The position numbers and the translations under genes were made by a program. A stretch of 63,818 bases of DNA, counting the filler, from Salisapilia sapeloensis CBS 127946 (lineage: Eukaryota > Protista > Oomycota): the NCBI GenBank assembly GCA_023334545.1. It is 9 parts of 9 records of this genome, joined end to end, with 100 filler letters (N's around TTAATTAATTAA, not from the genome) between each part and the next. Parts side by side here need not be neighbours in the genome. Positions count along the whole stretch, not along the records: positions 1 to 17,691 come from JAADVB010000337.1; positions 17,792 to 29,801 come from JAADVB010000421.1; 7 more parts are not named here. One strand, given 5' to 3'. Shown here piece by piece: positions 11,524-24,829 of this stretch. How positions within the stretch are numbered: the first letter of the stretch is position 1; the number at the start of each line of letters is the position of its first letter. The notes under the pieces were generated by a model. The model searched no databases. It saw nothing but the letters and a program-made list of their open reading frames with translations, and was not told the DNA's origin.

Positions 11524-14500
11524 ATGACACGGACGATCGGCCGCACAAGCATACTTGTGTGGCTCTTGCTAGCAGCGTATGCCACTGCCCAGCCGAATGA
11601 CGTCGAGGCAGACGACTGCACGCCGTGCTGCCAGGACACAACGGACCAGATCCGACCGTCGTGCTGCGACTATGACAGCGGACGGAACCTCTATGGCACG
11701 GCCTATGGCGAGTGCAGCGGCCTCCCGTGCTGCTCTTACGGTACGTGGCTATATACTAGACGTGCTTGTGACTAGCTGACGCTGGCCTAGGCGGGAGAAA
11801 AGCGCAGAACCACCAGGCGTGGTACCCGTGCCTGCTCTTCCCGACGTGCGCAAGCAACGGACAGAAGCGAGACTTGTGTGAAGCGCAGAGTCTGTGGTAC
11901 TATACCGAAGGAGACGAGTACAAGTGCACGGACGACTGTTGCTCGCCGAGCCAGGCGCTGGACTCGAACGTCTGGCGAGGCGTGACGAACTCGATGCCAG
12001 GCCAGCTCAACGCGACCTTCTCCGTCTCGTTCAACCCGTCCGACTACTTGCCTATCTTTTACCCGAATTCGAACGACACGAAGCCGCTGTCTCAGATCGT
12101 CCTGGCCAGTCCAGAGCACTATGCCTTCCAGAAGATCGACGGACAGGCGCCTAGGTGCACCATCGGGTCCTCCACTACCTTCTTAAGCGCCGACGCCACG
12201 CAAATGGAGTGCGGCGTGGCTATCTACAACAACCGTTCGTACCTGACGATGTCCATTCCGGACGAGTACCAGACGTCCAAGTCGACGTTCATCGTGTCTT
12301 TCGACCAGGTCGTGACGCCCTCAGGCCAGCAGCCGCCGACGAAAGTCTTTAGCACCAACTCTAGCCTCACGCCCGTCTACTTTTTGTTCGATGACGACCA
12401 GAGCACCGCCTTTGCGTCCTACGTGATCGTCACAGGTCTCAGCTCTGCCACTTTATCCAGTGGTGCCTTCCTCCCAGACAATGTCTATCCAGGAAACACC
12501 GGCGCAGGCACGCTTCTCTTCTACACGAACGCACGCGCGGCATCTGGGAGCTCCATCGAGCTAGACTTTAGCTCGGACTGGGGGTTCGAAGCCAGTGCCA
12601 CGTGGTCGTGGGAAGTGGAGGCAGACGCTCTGTCTTCTGGGAACAAGTCGAGTGCACTGACGAAGCAGAGGCCGTTTGAAAAGCAGACGTTCAATAGTCG
12701 GAAGAACAGGTGGAAGCTGGAGCTGGCGGACGCGATTGAAGCCGGGTGGGTCGTCCTGACGGTCGACAAGGTGCAGAACCCGAGTATCCAGTACTCCGGC
12801 CTGAACATGGCGAGCGTGTCGCTCGTGGACGCCGAGGACCACTTGATCGTCTCTGGCTCCTTTTCGTCCATCACGGTGGACTCGACGGACGACAGCTCCT
12901 TCAGTCCGTACAACTACGTCTCGCTCGTAGTCCTCGTCGGCTCCTTCCTCTTCTGCTTCATCGTGATCCGGAAGAATGGCCTGTCCTTCAGCCTGGGCTC
13001 GATCTGGACCGACCTGACGGCCATCTGCACACTTGCAGCGCTCTTGGTGGCCATCGTCAACAATCTCCTGTGGCTCTTGCTCCGGAGCAGCGCCTACTTT
13101 TACATCTCGAGAGCCCACCTGTGCCTCACCTTTACCATGCTCCTAGCAGTCTGCTTCCACTGGGGCACCGTCCTCAGTCTGCGCCTTCGAAAGCTGCCAA
13201 AACGGACCACGACGCTGGCGTTTGTGCTTCTGAACGCGCTCTTCTACGCCTTCCAGATCGTCTTCCTCATCATCCACAGACACCTCATCCGACGCGTCTA
13301 CGACTCTGAGAGAGACCCTGCGTCCTACGCCAACCAGCAGTGCAAGCGTCGAGACGTGGACCGCACAGCCACGGTCTTCTCGGACATCCAGGGCTTCCTC
13401 TGGCGATGCTACGCGCAGGACGAGGCAGAGTTCTTCCTCACCTCCAGCACCGTGACCACCGGCATCTTCCTCGCACTCACCATCGCTGTCATGGCGCTGG
13501 GCATCATGGTCATGAGGAGAGGCAAGACGGTCTTGGGGAACGCCACGGGAGCCCACCAGGCGGTCCTGGTGCGAGCGCTGCGGCTCTACTATACGCTCAT
13601 TGGCGTCGTGACGCTCGTGTACCTGATCTCGTGGGTCCTCCAGCTCCTGAGCCGCCGCACGGGCCTCGTGTCGTACCCTGCGTTCTACATCTTCACCGTC
13701 TGGCTGCCATACTCCATCCCTCCGTGCTGCCTCATCTTCCTCCAGTGGAACGCCACGACGCGGACGCTGCGAGACGTGGATGAAGACGACCACTCGCCTG
13801 GGAACGAGTGGGGATACGGGGAGATTCGGACGCCGAGCCTCGTCTTCAGCACGGCCGACAGGTGGTCTGTCAAGATGGAGGACGAGTTTGAGGACGACAT
13901 TATGATCGGCGCAGCAGGCATGTCGACGACCGTCCTCTCGACGGCGTCGAGCGGCGCCAACCGCATCGACTCTTGCATCGGAGAAGACTACATGGGGCTC
14001 TCCATGGCGCTCGAGACGAGTGAAAAGTACCCCCACGGCTGCTTCATCGGTCTCCAGCGTATGGGCGCGGTGGACGACCGAGCCAGCATGGTCGGCAGCT
14101 GGAGACAGATCAGTCACACGGACACGGTTGAGGCGAGTGTCAAGGAAGGCAGTCCGGACGATGGCATCAGGTACCAGTACTCGTTCCTGAGCGTCCCTCG
14201 CGTCCCGGTGTCTTCGAGAGACGAGAACCTGCGGCTGGTCGTCTACGCGGTGAGCGACGTGGAGGAAGGCGAGTCGCAGTCGGACATGACGGCGTCCAGA
14301 GTGCTCGCGGCCTTGGAGCAAGCCGGGAGCGACGACACGCAGAGTCAGAGCAGAGAGCTCGATGGCTCCCACAGCACGACGCACACGCACGACTCGAGTC
14401 TGGCGGACCAGAACGCGTGGGTGACGTCCCAGGTGATCGACGACCTATTTGACCTCGAGTCCGAGTCCGACTCGGCCGACGGAGAGACTGCGGGCATCCA

Positions 14501-16736
14501 GACACGCGTCGTGGCCGAGTTCACGGTCGACGTCGGCACCCTGCTGTCTTCCGGCACCAAGGGCCAGCCGACAGACGTGTCTGCCACGACCGACTCGTAC
14601 CAGCTGTCGGACCCCGAGGCGTCTCCCCCGCGCCTGAGCGTCCACTCGGTCGTCCCGAACACGAGCTCCAGCCCCGCAGGCGCGGCGCCTCCGTCGGGAG
14701 GTCTGGCCCCCACGCCAGCGATCAGCAGCCAGTACCACCTGCGAGAGAAGGCGCTGCTGGTGGTGGAAGACCTGTCGGAGAGCCGCTTCAGCAACCTCAT
14801 CCCGAGGCAGGTGCTGGAGGTCATCATCAAGCACCGGAGCAAGGACCTCTTGATCGCCCAGAACGACCTGGCGCAGCTAGAAGCCTTCGACCGCGCGAGG
14901 CAGAAGGGGTCAGACCGAGGCATCTACGAGAACCTGATCCAGCAGATCCAGGACGACGGAGACATTGCTCGCTGTCGAGAGTGGATGCTGCGCAGGTGCG
15001 AGCAGAGGAAGGAGTACCTGGAGCTGCTGCGGAGACTGCGGAGAGTCTACGTGTCGAGAGACCAGAACAAGACATACTTTAAGCCGAGCACGGAGAAGAA
15101 GAACGCAGCGCTGAGGTTTCTGCCCATCAACCTCCACCTGCAGGAGATGTGGGTCGGGAAGGCTCACAGCTGGGTCGACGCGCACGGACCGGAGCCTGTG
15201 CCTGGCGTGGACGACGCTGGTCACGGACGGACGAGCGTCTATGACGTCGTGACGGTCGGCGCCATGGCTGCGCACGTGTACAAGTTCAAGAGCGGAGGCA
15301 TCCTGGGCATGGAGGAGACGTTCGACAAGCACAAGCCTCGTGCTCGAGAGCACATGCCTGGCGCCCATCAGGACCCGCTCTGGACGGAGGAGCAGCAAAA
15401 GGCCGACGAGTTCGAGTGGGAGCTCCAGCAGCGCATGGACGTCTGCTTCCCGCAGGCCGTGGCAACCCTCGTGACGGCCTTCACGAGGAAGGTGGACTTT
15501 ATGCTCCAGAGCAACGACGATGGCCGCGCCAAGGTTGAGCTGGATCGACTGGCCAAGCTGGGCTTTCTGTTGAACGTCGAGAGTCTCGTGTCGACGCACG
15601 GGAATGAAGTCGGGATGCTCGAGGACATGGCGGGGGCCGTGAACGAGCTGCGGAACGTCCGGCTGGTGCTGGTGGAGGACGAGGTGGAGGGCAGCGAGGC
15701 GTCCAACTCGCCCGTGTCGCTACGGAGCGAAGAGGAGGAGCAGAAGCTGCAGTCAATGCCTCTCCAGAACCCTCCGTCGTCCCACGCGTCTTCTGTGTCT
15801 ACGATCGCAGGCGTCGTGGACGTCGACGTCTTCATGAGTCTCGATGATGCGCTATCCGAGACGTCGAGCAACATGTCGCACCGCATGTCGAACCCTACGA
15901 ACGACGTGGCGGAGCCTCCTTCGCCCACGAACTCCCAGGTAGGAGTGAACACGTCCATCACGGGCGTCGGACAGAGACTCCTGAGTACGATCATGAACAC
16001 CAAACCAGGGAAAAAGTTCAAGAGCGGCAACGACATCTACCCTCCTTCTCTCGCGCCTTCGTCTGCGGACAATCTGTTCGACCACTCGAGACTCGTGATC
16101 CGCGTCAAGGTCCGGTCGAACAAGGTCAAGCTCCCGGATACGCTTCGCCATGGCAACACGATCGGCGTCTGGCCGGTGCTCTTTACGCAAGGCATCAACG
16201 AGAAGCAGACGCTCGCTAACAACACTGGGTCGTCGCTCACTAAGCTCCAGGACGAGATCAACGAGCATAGTCTCAAGGTCCTTCGCTCCTACTGCGACCG
16301 GTACAGCAACTTTATGGCTGCGACGGGTCTCCCGAGCGTCCCGTCTCGAGTTGAGATCATGCAGACGCTGGGGGAAGTGCAGAAGCTCATCTCGGCTTCC
16401 AAGCAGGCGAGGAGGAAGCGGCCCGAGATCCTGCAGTTGACGTCCGACTTGTGCCGGAAGATGGCGGGAGGCCGAGTGACTGTGTGCAAGAGCGCCAAGG
16501 ATCGGACCAGCATGTCCGTGACGCTGGAGCAGGGTCGCATCTTGGTCCAGAATCACGGCCTGCCGGAGGATAAGGTGGCTGGCATCGTCTCGGTCATGCG
16601 CTCCGAAGGCGTCCGGATCGAAAATGCGCTCAAGAACACTGGGCGAAGGGTCTTTGCCTTCAACGCGCTCCAGCGGTCTCTCCTGCCGGAAGAGTACAGG
16701 TGTCCGACGCAGACGAGTGGGCGCAACATTTCGTAG
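11524..16736 (+). CDS. 7TM receptor fused to type I inositol 3,4-bisphosphate 4-phosphatase (GPCR-INPP4 fusion), with signal peptide and Cys-rich ectodomain
   Basis: Exon 1 (11524-11740) splices over a 50-nt intron (11741-11790) in frame into the 1620-aa ORF. Seven hydrophobic helices, a C2-like segment and the CX5R motif CKSAKDRT near the C-terminus. Confidence 0.88.
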
Positions 16737-16835
16737 CTTTTTAGATTTCCTTACTTTCAATTTAGTCGGAGGACCGACAGGATACAAACGATTTTGACAT
16801 TCTTTTTGCTCTTGTATTCATTCTCTTGTTGATGT

Positions 16836-17512
16836 CTACCATGGATGGATGTAGGCTGACGCCTCCAGGTGCTGCTTGACAGGCAGCAGCCATGTCCAGT
16901 CGGCACTTGTCGTCGGCAGGAGGCCCATGTTGCCCAGTTTGTACAGCGCCATAGCGGCGTTGATGACATTCCCGGCCAAATACACGAGCTTGGGCTGGGA
17001 TAGGTCGATCACGCCATCGTCTAGGGACGCAAAGGCTAGTCGGATGTCAGGAGGAGTTTACACTAGTAGTAGGAAGGTGGGATGTACCCTTGTTGACGTT
17101 GAGGAAGGACTTGACCATGTTCATGACGATCATGCCGATGATCATGATGCTGAAAATGTTGATGGCGGATCCACTCATCCACATCATAAAGCCCGTCTGG
17201 AGCAGACCCTTGAACGGACCGAACGCAATGTCCATCGCACGCTAAAACAAGCTCAGAGATCGGAAATTTCGCTACTAAGTATGACAAGCAAGATACCTTC
17301 TTCTTGAGTTCCTGCGTGTTGTTGCCAGCCTTGGCGACTGCGTTCTGCGCCTCCTGCATACCACCACATTAGCTGCATATGCCACGTATTCCTGTAGAAT
17401 AAAGACAAACCCTTTCAGCAGTGATGCCCTTTGCAAAGCCTAGAGGCTCTAGCTTCGTCGGGAGGTCGCCCTCGCCGCCGTCATTCAATGCCAATTTCCA
17501 CTTGCGCTCCAT
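16836..17512 (-). CDS. EMC4: ER membrane protein complex subunit 4 (multi-exon)
   Basis: Exon pieces AFGPFKGLLQTGFMMWMSGSAINIFSIM and KLGNMGLLPTTSADW match TMEM85/EMC4. Confidence 0.88.
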
Positions 17513-17691
17513 GTCTAGCTCTAAACCTTTTTAAGCACTCGTCGTGTCTGTTGAATTTAAGCCAATGAAAAGGCTTATAGGAGACTTTTGTCCAGTCATA
17601 TACGTCCATAAAGCATCTCAGACGTGATGCGAGTGAGCGAGTACCGGTGGGGGCATGCCGTCAACTCTTGCGAGGAGCTGGCAGAGGCCAA

Positions 17692-17791
17692 NNNNNNNNN
17701 NNNNNNNNNNNNNNNNNNNNNNNNNNNNNNNNNNNTTAATTAATTAANNNNNNNNNNNNNNNNNNNNNNNNNNNNNNNNNNNNNNNNNNNN
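17692..17791. other. Artificial contig spacer (first of eight)
   Basis: N44-TTAATTAATTAA-N44 (stops in all six frames). Identical spacers at 29802-29901, 47820-47919, 54466-54565, 57449-57548, 58740-58839, 59976-60075 and 61646-61745. Confidence 0.98.
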
Positions 17792-18569
17792 CAGTCAGGA
17801 GGAAGCGATCTTTGAGAAGACTACAAGCCACGCCTGGTACTCGAAATGTGCACATTTGAAAAAACGCGCGAAAGACTTGGTGAGCTCTTCGCTTTACTTG
17901 CGCTAGTGAGCCCTTTGCTATTCTTTCGGAACGGACACAGTACAGTGGTGGATGGAATAATTGGGCAACATTTTTGACTCGCACTGTACCTGTCCCACCG
18001 AAATGGCGAAGAGCTCACTAGTGCAAATAAATCGAATCACACTTCAACCTGAAGAGTTTGTGAAGATACAGCACGATACGCTCTACACTATTCCCCACTA
18101 AGACATGACAGAAGAATAGATGATATACATGGACAGGATTGGAAAGGTAAATAGCGATAGAAGAGCAGGACGAGCCGCCAAAGCCTTAGATATTGATTTC
18201 TACTACAGTTTTTGCATGCTTTTTATACTGTCCATTATTCCTTGCATGATACACGACTATCCACTCAACAAAGTCGTCCTTGGGTTTTATTTCTGACGTC
18301 GGCTGCGTGGAACTTGGAGTGCCTGGGTCATAGCGGCAATACTGACGCTCAGTGGGATGGAAGACAATATCTTCTGGTGCCATCAACCATGGAGATCGTA
18401 CCTTGAAGACAACCAGATTGCAGGATAGGTGGAAATAAGAATACGCAAGATAAATGGTAGATATATGATTGCAATATTTCTTGGTCGCCTTGCTTGCATA
18501 CAGCTATTCCCTTCTTCCTTTCACTCGCAAAAGCTCAAGTGGTTCCTCCAAATAGCTCTGAAAGTGACC

Positions 18570-20916
18570 ATGGAAGAAGGGTTTCAAGAGTACCTTCGTG
18601 AAGTCGGACCCGACCTGCAGCACCAAGACTTGCTCGATCAGTTTCCTGCCATAAGCCGAGATCAGAAACGCCGCTCTTCTGTCTCCGAGCTAGATGTCTT
18701 TCAGTACTTTGCCGACTTTGATGCGGACACGAAGGAGGTGAACGCAAAAGCTGACCAAGTTCGTGAAGCTGCGAAAGAGGAACTCGGGGAGAGTGAAATT
18801 AATGGCATCCTACGGTTCCGCTACCACCACCCTCTCAAGAAACATCGATACATGGACTGTCGTTTGAAAGATGAGGAGAAAACAAAGCTGGCCGAGCACT
18901 GGGTCGTCATCCCTTCCCACTTGAAGCAAAACAGTTTTGGAAGACACTACGGAATGTTATTCTCCGACGACCTTCCCTTGTACGTCACTGCGGATTCGGT
19001 GCTTCATGCGTGGCACTACAGCTTTGACAATGTGTTGATGTCGTTTGAGACTAGCCATGCTCACCCGCGTCTAATCCAAGTTCTGTTCGACATGCTGGAT
19101 GTTTGTCACTCCTACGACAGTAACCTCGGACAGGTCGGGCCCCGTGTGAGGAGAGCTGTATCGGATGTCTAGGCGTACCTTTGCACTGCTATCATGCTAC
19201 TGGCACCTGATGAGTATAGCAAGAAAAACTCTCAATCTCCGAAGGAGACGACGGAGGCAGCGAAAAGACTAGTAAGGGCTGTAAAGACTGAAAAGCGATG
19301 GAAGTGGAGCTCTTCGGAACATCTCGTCAAGTGGATTTCTCTCTCTTCAAGCCTCGAGGACACTATACCAAGATCGAGAGCCTACAGCAGTACTTCCGAG
19401 GCATGTCATGGCTGGGTGCCATCGACCTTCGGCTGACACCAGAGGGAACGATGCCTGAGGAAGCCCAAGCTAACGCCCTGCATCAGCTTCGATGTGCTGT
19501 TCTCATGACCCATCTCGCACGCGTGTCTGGTAGCATGGACGCTGTGGCTCATCTGGACAGAGTCGTCTCGGACTTTTTGGCCGATGGCGATGTGGATGGA
19601 GACTACTTGAGTCCGATGGAACTGGAAAAGTGTATCTGGGACATGGAGAATGACACCATGACAGTGGAAATGCTACTCAAAGACGACAGTGAAGCAGCTT
19701 TCCACTCGCTTCCGACGGAGCTTCGTGCACGAGGACTTGGATCGCAAGCGATCCCCGCTCATCCTAGAGAGGCGAATGGGGGCAGCAATGGGACGAATGA
19801 GATCCCGGCTTCGTTTGCTTTGCTCGGCCAGAGATTTGTCTGGAGCGCCTTGATCTTCAGCCACCTCGTCTATGACAGGGTGTAGTTCCAGGGCCAAGCT
19901 GTCCAGAGTCGAATGCCAAGCGCCTTCGACGCTGCCTTTGCTCTGTATGAGAACAACATCGCGGGGGAAGTGGTCGCCGAACGCATGAATACGACAGAGC
20001 CGCTAAAGGAAGATAAGAGGAAGAAGAGAGGGAGAGAAGGCTTTGTTCCGTACCGAGATGGATATCCATTCACGTCCAACCTTCTTGCTCTTCTTCGCAT
20101 GATCGGCAGCAAGTTCCAAGACGTTGATGTGAAGAAAGCTGGGCTGAGTACCTTGTGGATCTGTGCCGCTTGTGCTCTTTCCGACCTCCCTGCTCACGAC
20201 GACCCAACGTTCCACTCTGCTGTGTGGAAGCGCCGAAGGATGAACGCGCAGCTCGGGTCCTTCGATCAGCAACGTCATGATACGATTCTGTATTCAAAGC
20301 AATCAGTGCCTTTTGGTGTCTTGTGTGAGCATCCGACTGGAATGGTGGAGCCTTATCCAGAGTTCTGGTCGGCGATGGGAGATCTAGCAAGTCGCGCAAA
20401 AGTTGTCAGTCAGACTTTGAATCATTCAGGTGAGCTGGATCTGGTGTATGGACCGAAGAACAAAAGGAGATGCTCGCAACGAAGATACAGCTCATTCTTT
20501 GGCAATTTTGCCCATGCAATGGAGAAGCTGAAGGCGATTGCCGAAACGCAAGCGAGAGGAGAGACGTTGACTGACGACCAAATTGATCCTTTCCAAAGCA
20601 CAATACGAAAGAGTTACGGAGGCAGCGGGCCTCCAAGCTACTGCGGGTGGTACCCACCTCTTTTCTATCCGGATTCTGAAAAGTCGATTGATCGGGATGT
20701 CCTTGTTGCGGACATTCACACCGGTTCAACTCCGATTGGTAATCCTGGCAGTGTCCTTCATGTAGGAGTCGGAGGTGCTAATCTCGCCTTTTCTTGGTCA
20801 ATGGCGTCATGTACGCTGGACCAGTCTTCAGCATGTATGAGTTCGTTACGTCTATTGACGAACGGCTAAGAGAGTTTGAGCCACAGAAATGGGCAGCCGA
20901 CTCGTTTTTCGCGTGA
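18570..20916 (+). pseudogene. DUF3160-family gene, disrupted
   Basis: Motifs DLPLYVTADSVLHAWH, VDFSLFKPRGHYT, YFRGMSWLG, RHDTILYSKQS, VEPYPEFW, VADIHT, YAGPVFSMYEF. In-frame TAG at 19170-19172 and 19883-19885; frameshifts near 19295 and 20790. Confidence 0.82.
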
Positions 20917-21901
20917 GGACATTTCCAGGTTGAGATTCATACTTTTCATTTTCATTCCCTTTGGTTTGAAATGCACGAGAGGAGGTTGACAAGCATATAT
21001 GAGTTGGTTTCTATGGAACAGTGTTTATTGTTTCCCTGGTGATGCACTTCAGGTATGGCAGTTTCCTTTATACAAGAGCTACTGCATCGACTACAGTCCA
21101 TCTCAATGCCCATAATTATCAACGAGGAGTGTTCATCGGTGGATGCACTCGCGCAGAAGATTGGCAAACAGACAAGAATAGCTAATAAAGATGGAAATAG
21201 ACAAATGTTGCAAGTCTATCGTAGACTCCGACGTGTAAAAGCCTTCCACTGCGTCTTTGATTGACTTTCAACCATCCTCTTTGGTTTTACACCAAGGTGC
21301 ATGAGCTTTTCGGAACTTTATCATTTAAGCTGAACCGTTGGACTAGCTCATTTGTTTCCAGCTTGAGGGATTCCTATGCTCTCTTTCCATAACAATCATA
21401 CCTTTTCAAGTGTCCATTTTTTGGTAGTTCCACCACACAGTAGACTATAGCAATCCGACGGATTTAGCTTACCGTGTTGATGATCAAACCTAGATTTTAG
21501 CCAAAAAAAGGTACCGAATGTATGTTCTTCTTGCTATGAGATGGATGCAAGTCTTTATTACCTTTGTGCCTTTCGCTCCCATTCATTACCGTTATAAGCG
21601 ATCACAATATGTACATCAAAATTTCACATTCAATCTATCATAGCCATTTCGGTATCGAGTACACACTCTGCGAAGACAAGTAGCAATGTACGACAGCACC
21701 TACAAATATCTTTAATGGACATAAGTTTTACTCCCCCTCTGTTCTATATAGCTCCACCCAAGCTACAAATAAAAACTACCATCCGACTCCCAACTAATTA
21801 CGAACTAAAACGTCTATTTTTTGAGACAAAAGTATCTATTTATTAGATAGCCTCGAAGAGCGCCACGCGACCCGACTTGATCTCTTCACTGACTCGTGCT
21901 C

Positions 21902-23283
21902 ATGTCCGGGATGCGGCATCGAGGCGGGGATGACTCGAATATGGACATTGGAGACAATCCCCCTTTCAATGAAAAGGCAGGTTTTTCACGTTCAGCCCGA
22001 CGAGCGCTAAAACGCGTGGACGTGTATCCGAAAATGCATCGAGAGTTCAAAGTGCAGACCGAGTTTGGCGCGACCATTTCCCTCATCGCTGGCGTTATCA
22101 TGCTCATCTTGTTCATTTCTGAACTGTATGCGTACATGAGTGTGCATACGCACGAGCACATGGTCGTGGACTCGACGCTGAGTGACCAGCTCCAGATCAA
22201 TCTCGACATGAGTTTCCTTGGCGTTAACTGCAAGGACGCAAACATCAATGCCATGGACGTGGCGGGTGACATGCATGTGAATATGCACCATACATTAGTC
22301 AAGTCTCGATTGGATGCCAAAGGCAACAAGATCGGTCGTCCGATCTCGATGGTAAGCGATGACGTGCCGAGTGAAGTTCCGAGTGACTACTGTGGCAGCT
22401 GCTACGGAGCGCCGCATCCACTCGGGAAAGAGTGCTGCAACACATGTGATGAAGTGAAAGAAGCGTTTATGAAGAGACAGTGGTCTTTGGAAGATGCTGA
22501 TAGTAAGGAACAGTGTATTCGAGAGAGCATATCAGAAGAGAAGCAGGCGCAGGAGGGAGAAGGGTGTCGGTTCACAGGGAACATGATGGTCAATCGCGTT
22601 GCCGGCAACTTCCACTTGGCTCTCGGACGGACGTTTTACCGGGAAGGTAAACTCATCCATCAGTTCCGACCGGGACAAGAGCGCACGTTCAACGCTAGCC
22701 ATGTCATCCACAGTCTGTCATTCGGGACTCCGTACCCAGGCGCGTCACACCCTCTGGACGGCGTGGTAAACATTGCCGAGGGAGGTTGCTTTTCCTTTTC
22801 TTCTTTCTTCTTGATGCAGTTGCTGATGATCTTGTAGCTGGTGGCTTCTTCCAATACTTTATCAAGGTAGTGCCGACCATTTACTCGGACATTTCGTCCG
22901 ACGTCCATTCGTACCAGTTTTCGTATACGCAGCATGCGCGGTACTTGAATCCGATGGGTCGCATGGAGTCTCTCCCAGGTACGTTGCCTTCGGTCGTTAA
23001 CTTTACGTCAGGAATGACGGTAGATATTTCTAGGCGCGTTCTTTGTGTTTGACTTTTCGCCGTTCATGGTCAAAGTCGAGAATGACCGTGTGCCGCTCAC
23101 CCATTTCCTCGTGAAGATTTGCGCCATCATCGGAGGAGTCGTCTCCGTATGTCTGATATGTATCTTTTCGGTTGATGTGGATGCTAATCGAAAGAGTAGA
23201 TTGCTGGTTTTTTGGACGCGTTTATCTACAACTCGTTGCACATGCAGCGTCAACAGTCGAGTACCGCGTCAAAGTACGGATAG
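21902..23283 (+). CDS. ERGIC3: ER-Golgi intermediate compartment protein 3 (Erv46-like), four exons
   Basis: LKRVDVYPK, YCGSCYGA, CCNTCDEVKEAF, EGCRFTG, VNRVAGNFH, FQYFIKVVPT, FDFSPFMV, CAIIGGV. Introns start at 22785, ~22980 and ~23148. Confidence 0.95.
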
Positions 23284-24829
23284 CTGTCTGCGTAGCATAA
23301 CTAGTCAAGAATACAGAATCGACTCTTCATGCGGCTTGGAAAATAGATGCATCTTGTTGGGTTCGTATAGAGACTTTATTGCAGTTGGAAAGCTCTTGAG
23401 GCTGTATGCTAGGCTGACGAGTGCTAGGGTGAGGCTAGCATTAGACTTGATGTCGACTACAGTCCAATGGTGTCTATTTATATCGATTGTACATGCCGCG
23501 TGCTAGGGAGCGCATGCATATTCCTTATCGAATATAGTCGGAATGCAGCGGCTCACATGCAAAGAAACACTACACTCGTATTATATATATACGTTCTGCA
23601 TGGCATGCATCTTTATATGCTGGATTCCTCTTGTACCCAAACTTGCTCACAAGACTTTTTCTCATCACACAAGTACAAGTAGATCAAAATTTCGATGCCA
23701 AGTCACCGAACAGAATATCTTGATCGTACTAGCTTTGATCCGAACGTTTTGCTGGATGGAAGAGAGCGAGTACAAGGCCGATCCATGTTGCCAGGTACAT
23801 TTTTCAACGAGAAAACAGATCAAAGCATCCGCATTGAAGCAGTTGACATTGGAAAAAAGGTACGAGTGAAATTTGATAAAAGAGGATGCAAGTAGGATCG
23901 AAAGGTTGAATGGATTGTTCAGATTATGTGCAGGTATATTGGACGATAGAAGGGGCAGCGTACAATGCATTCACGTGTTGTCGAGACACGGTATTAGTAA
24001 ACGCGCTCAATTCCTCTTCCTCTGCATAAAATTTTCAATTCACATGCCGTTGTGTTAACATTTGCTGACTGGCACTCCCCATCCATCACGTGTCGCGACT
24101 TTTTACTCCTGTTCGAATCTGACTTGATTGCATTTGCCGACGGTATGCTCCGTCCTTGATCGCAATTGGCGTCACGATATCAATCTAATTGCCAGATCAT
24201 AGACTTCGCTCCTTTTGCTTCACGTCTCTCCTTGTTTGGCAGAGTAGTGTGTTGGGCCAGCTCCTGTCCGTCCCTTTAATCCTTTTCATCTGAACACGAG
24301 ACATTTGTCTGAAGCCATGCTACCTCTCGAGTAACAATACACAACTCCCTTTCGTCCCAGCATTCTCCGTCTGTTTCCATGGGAAACCGAAGCGCGAGCC
24401 GGTTGCGTGTTTTTGGATCGTGCCGAGCGCATTCGCTCTCTATCTTCCCGCTCTCTTCTCCACTCACGTCCAATCGACAAACCCTACTCTTCTACACTTG
24501 ATAACGACATGCATGCAATTTCTATCTAAAAGCCACATCAACTAAGCTCTGTAATCAACCAAAGTCCACCGAATTGGCCTTGCTGCTATGCTCCTAATCC
24601 TTCCATCCTTTTGTCTCTTCACGTTTCGTTCTTCCCGTGCGTCTCAAAAAACATGATGCATCCATTCTCGTACCTATTGACCCGTAAAATAACCGCCAAA
24701 TGTCGTTCGATACATAAAGACGCAGTACTCGTTTTTTCTGTCTACTTTACGATCTCCTTACGCCTCTCATTTGCATCGAATCTGTCTGGCCAAGTTGATA
24801 GAGCGTAGGAGAATAGTCTAGAATAGGAC

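Noticed and set aside
17736-17747. Repeated TTAATTAATTAA palindrome as a biological element
   Set aside because: Always centred in exactly 100-nt N blocks; it is a six-frame-stop concatenation linker.
19170-19885. Two in-frame TAGs in DUF3160 as stop-codon reassignment or readthrough
   Set aside because: TAG terminates about 10 conserved genes at expected positions, and the same locus also has frameshifts, so it is a pseudogene.
23543-23895. Short ORFs downstream of ERGIC3
   Set aside because: Competing frames, no recognisable motif and no resolvable exon structure.
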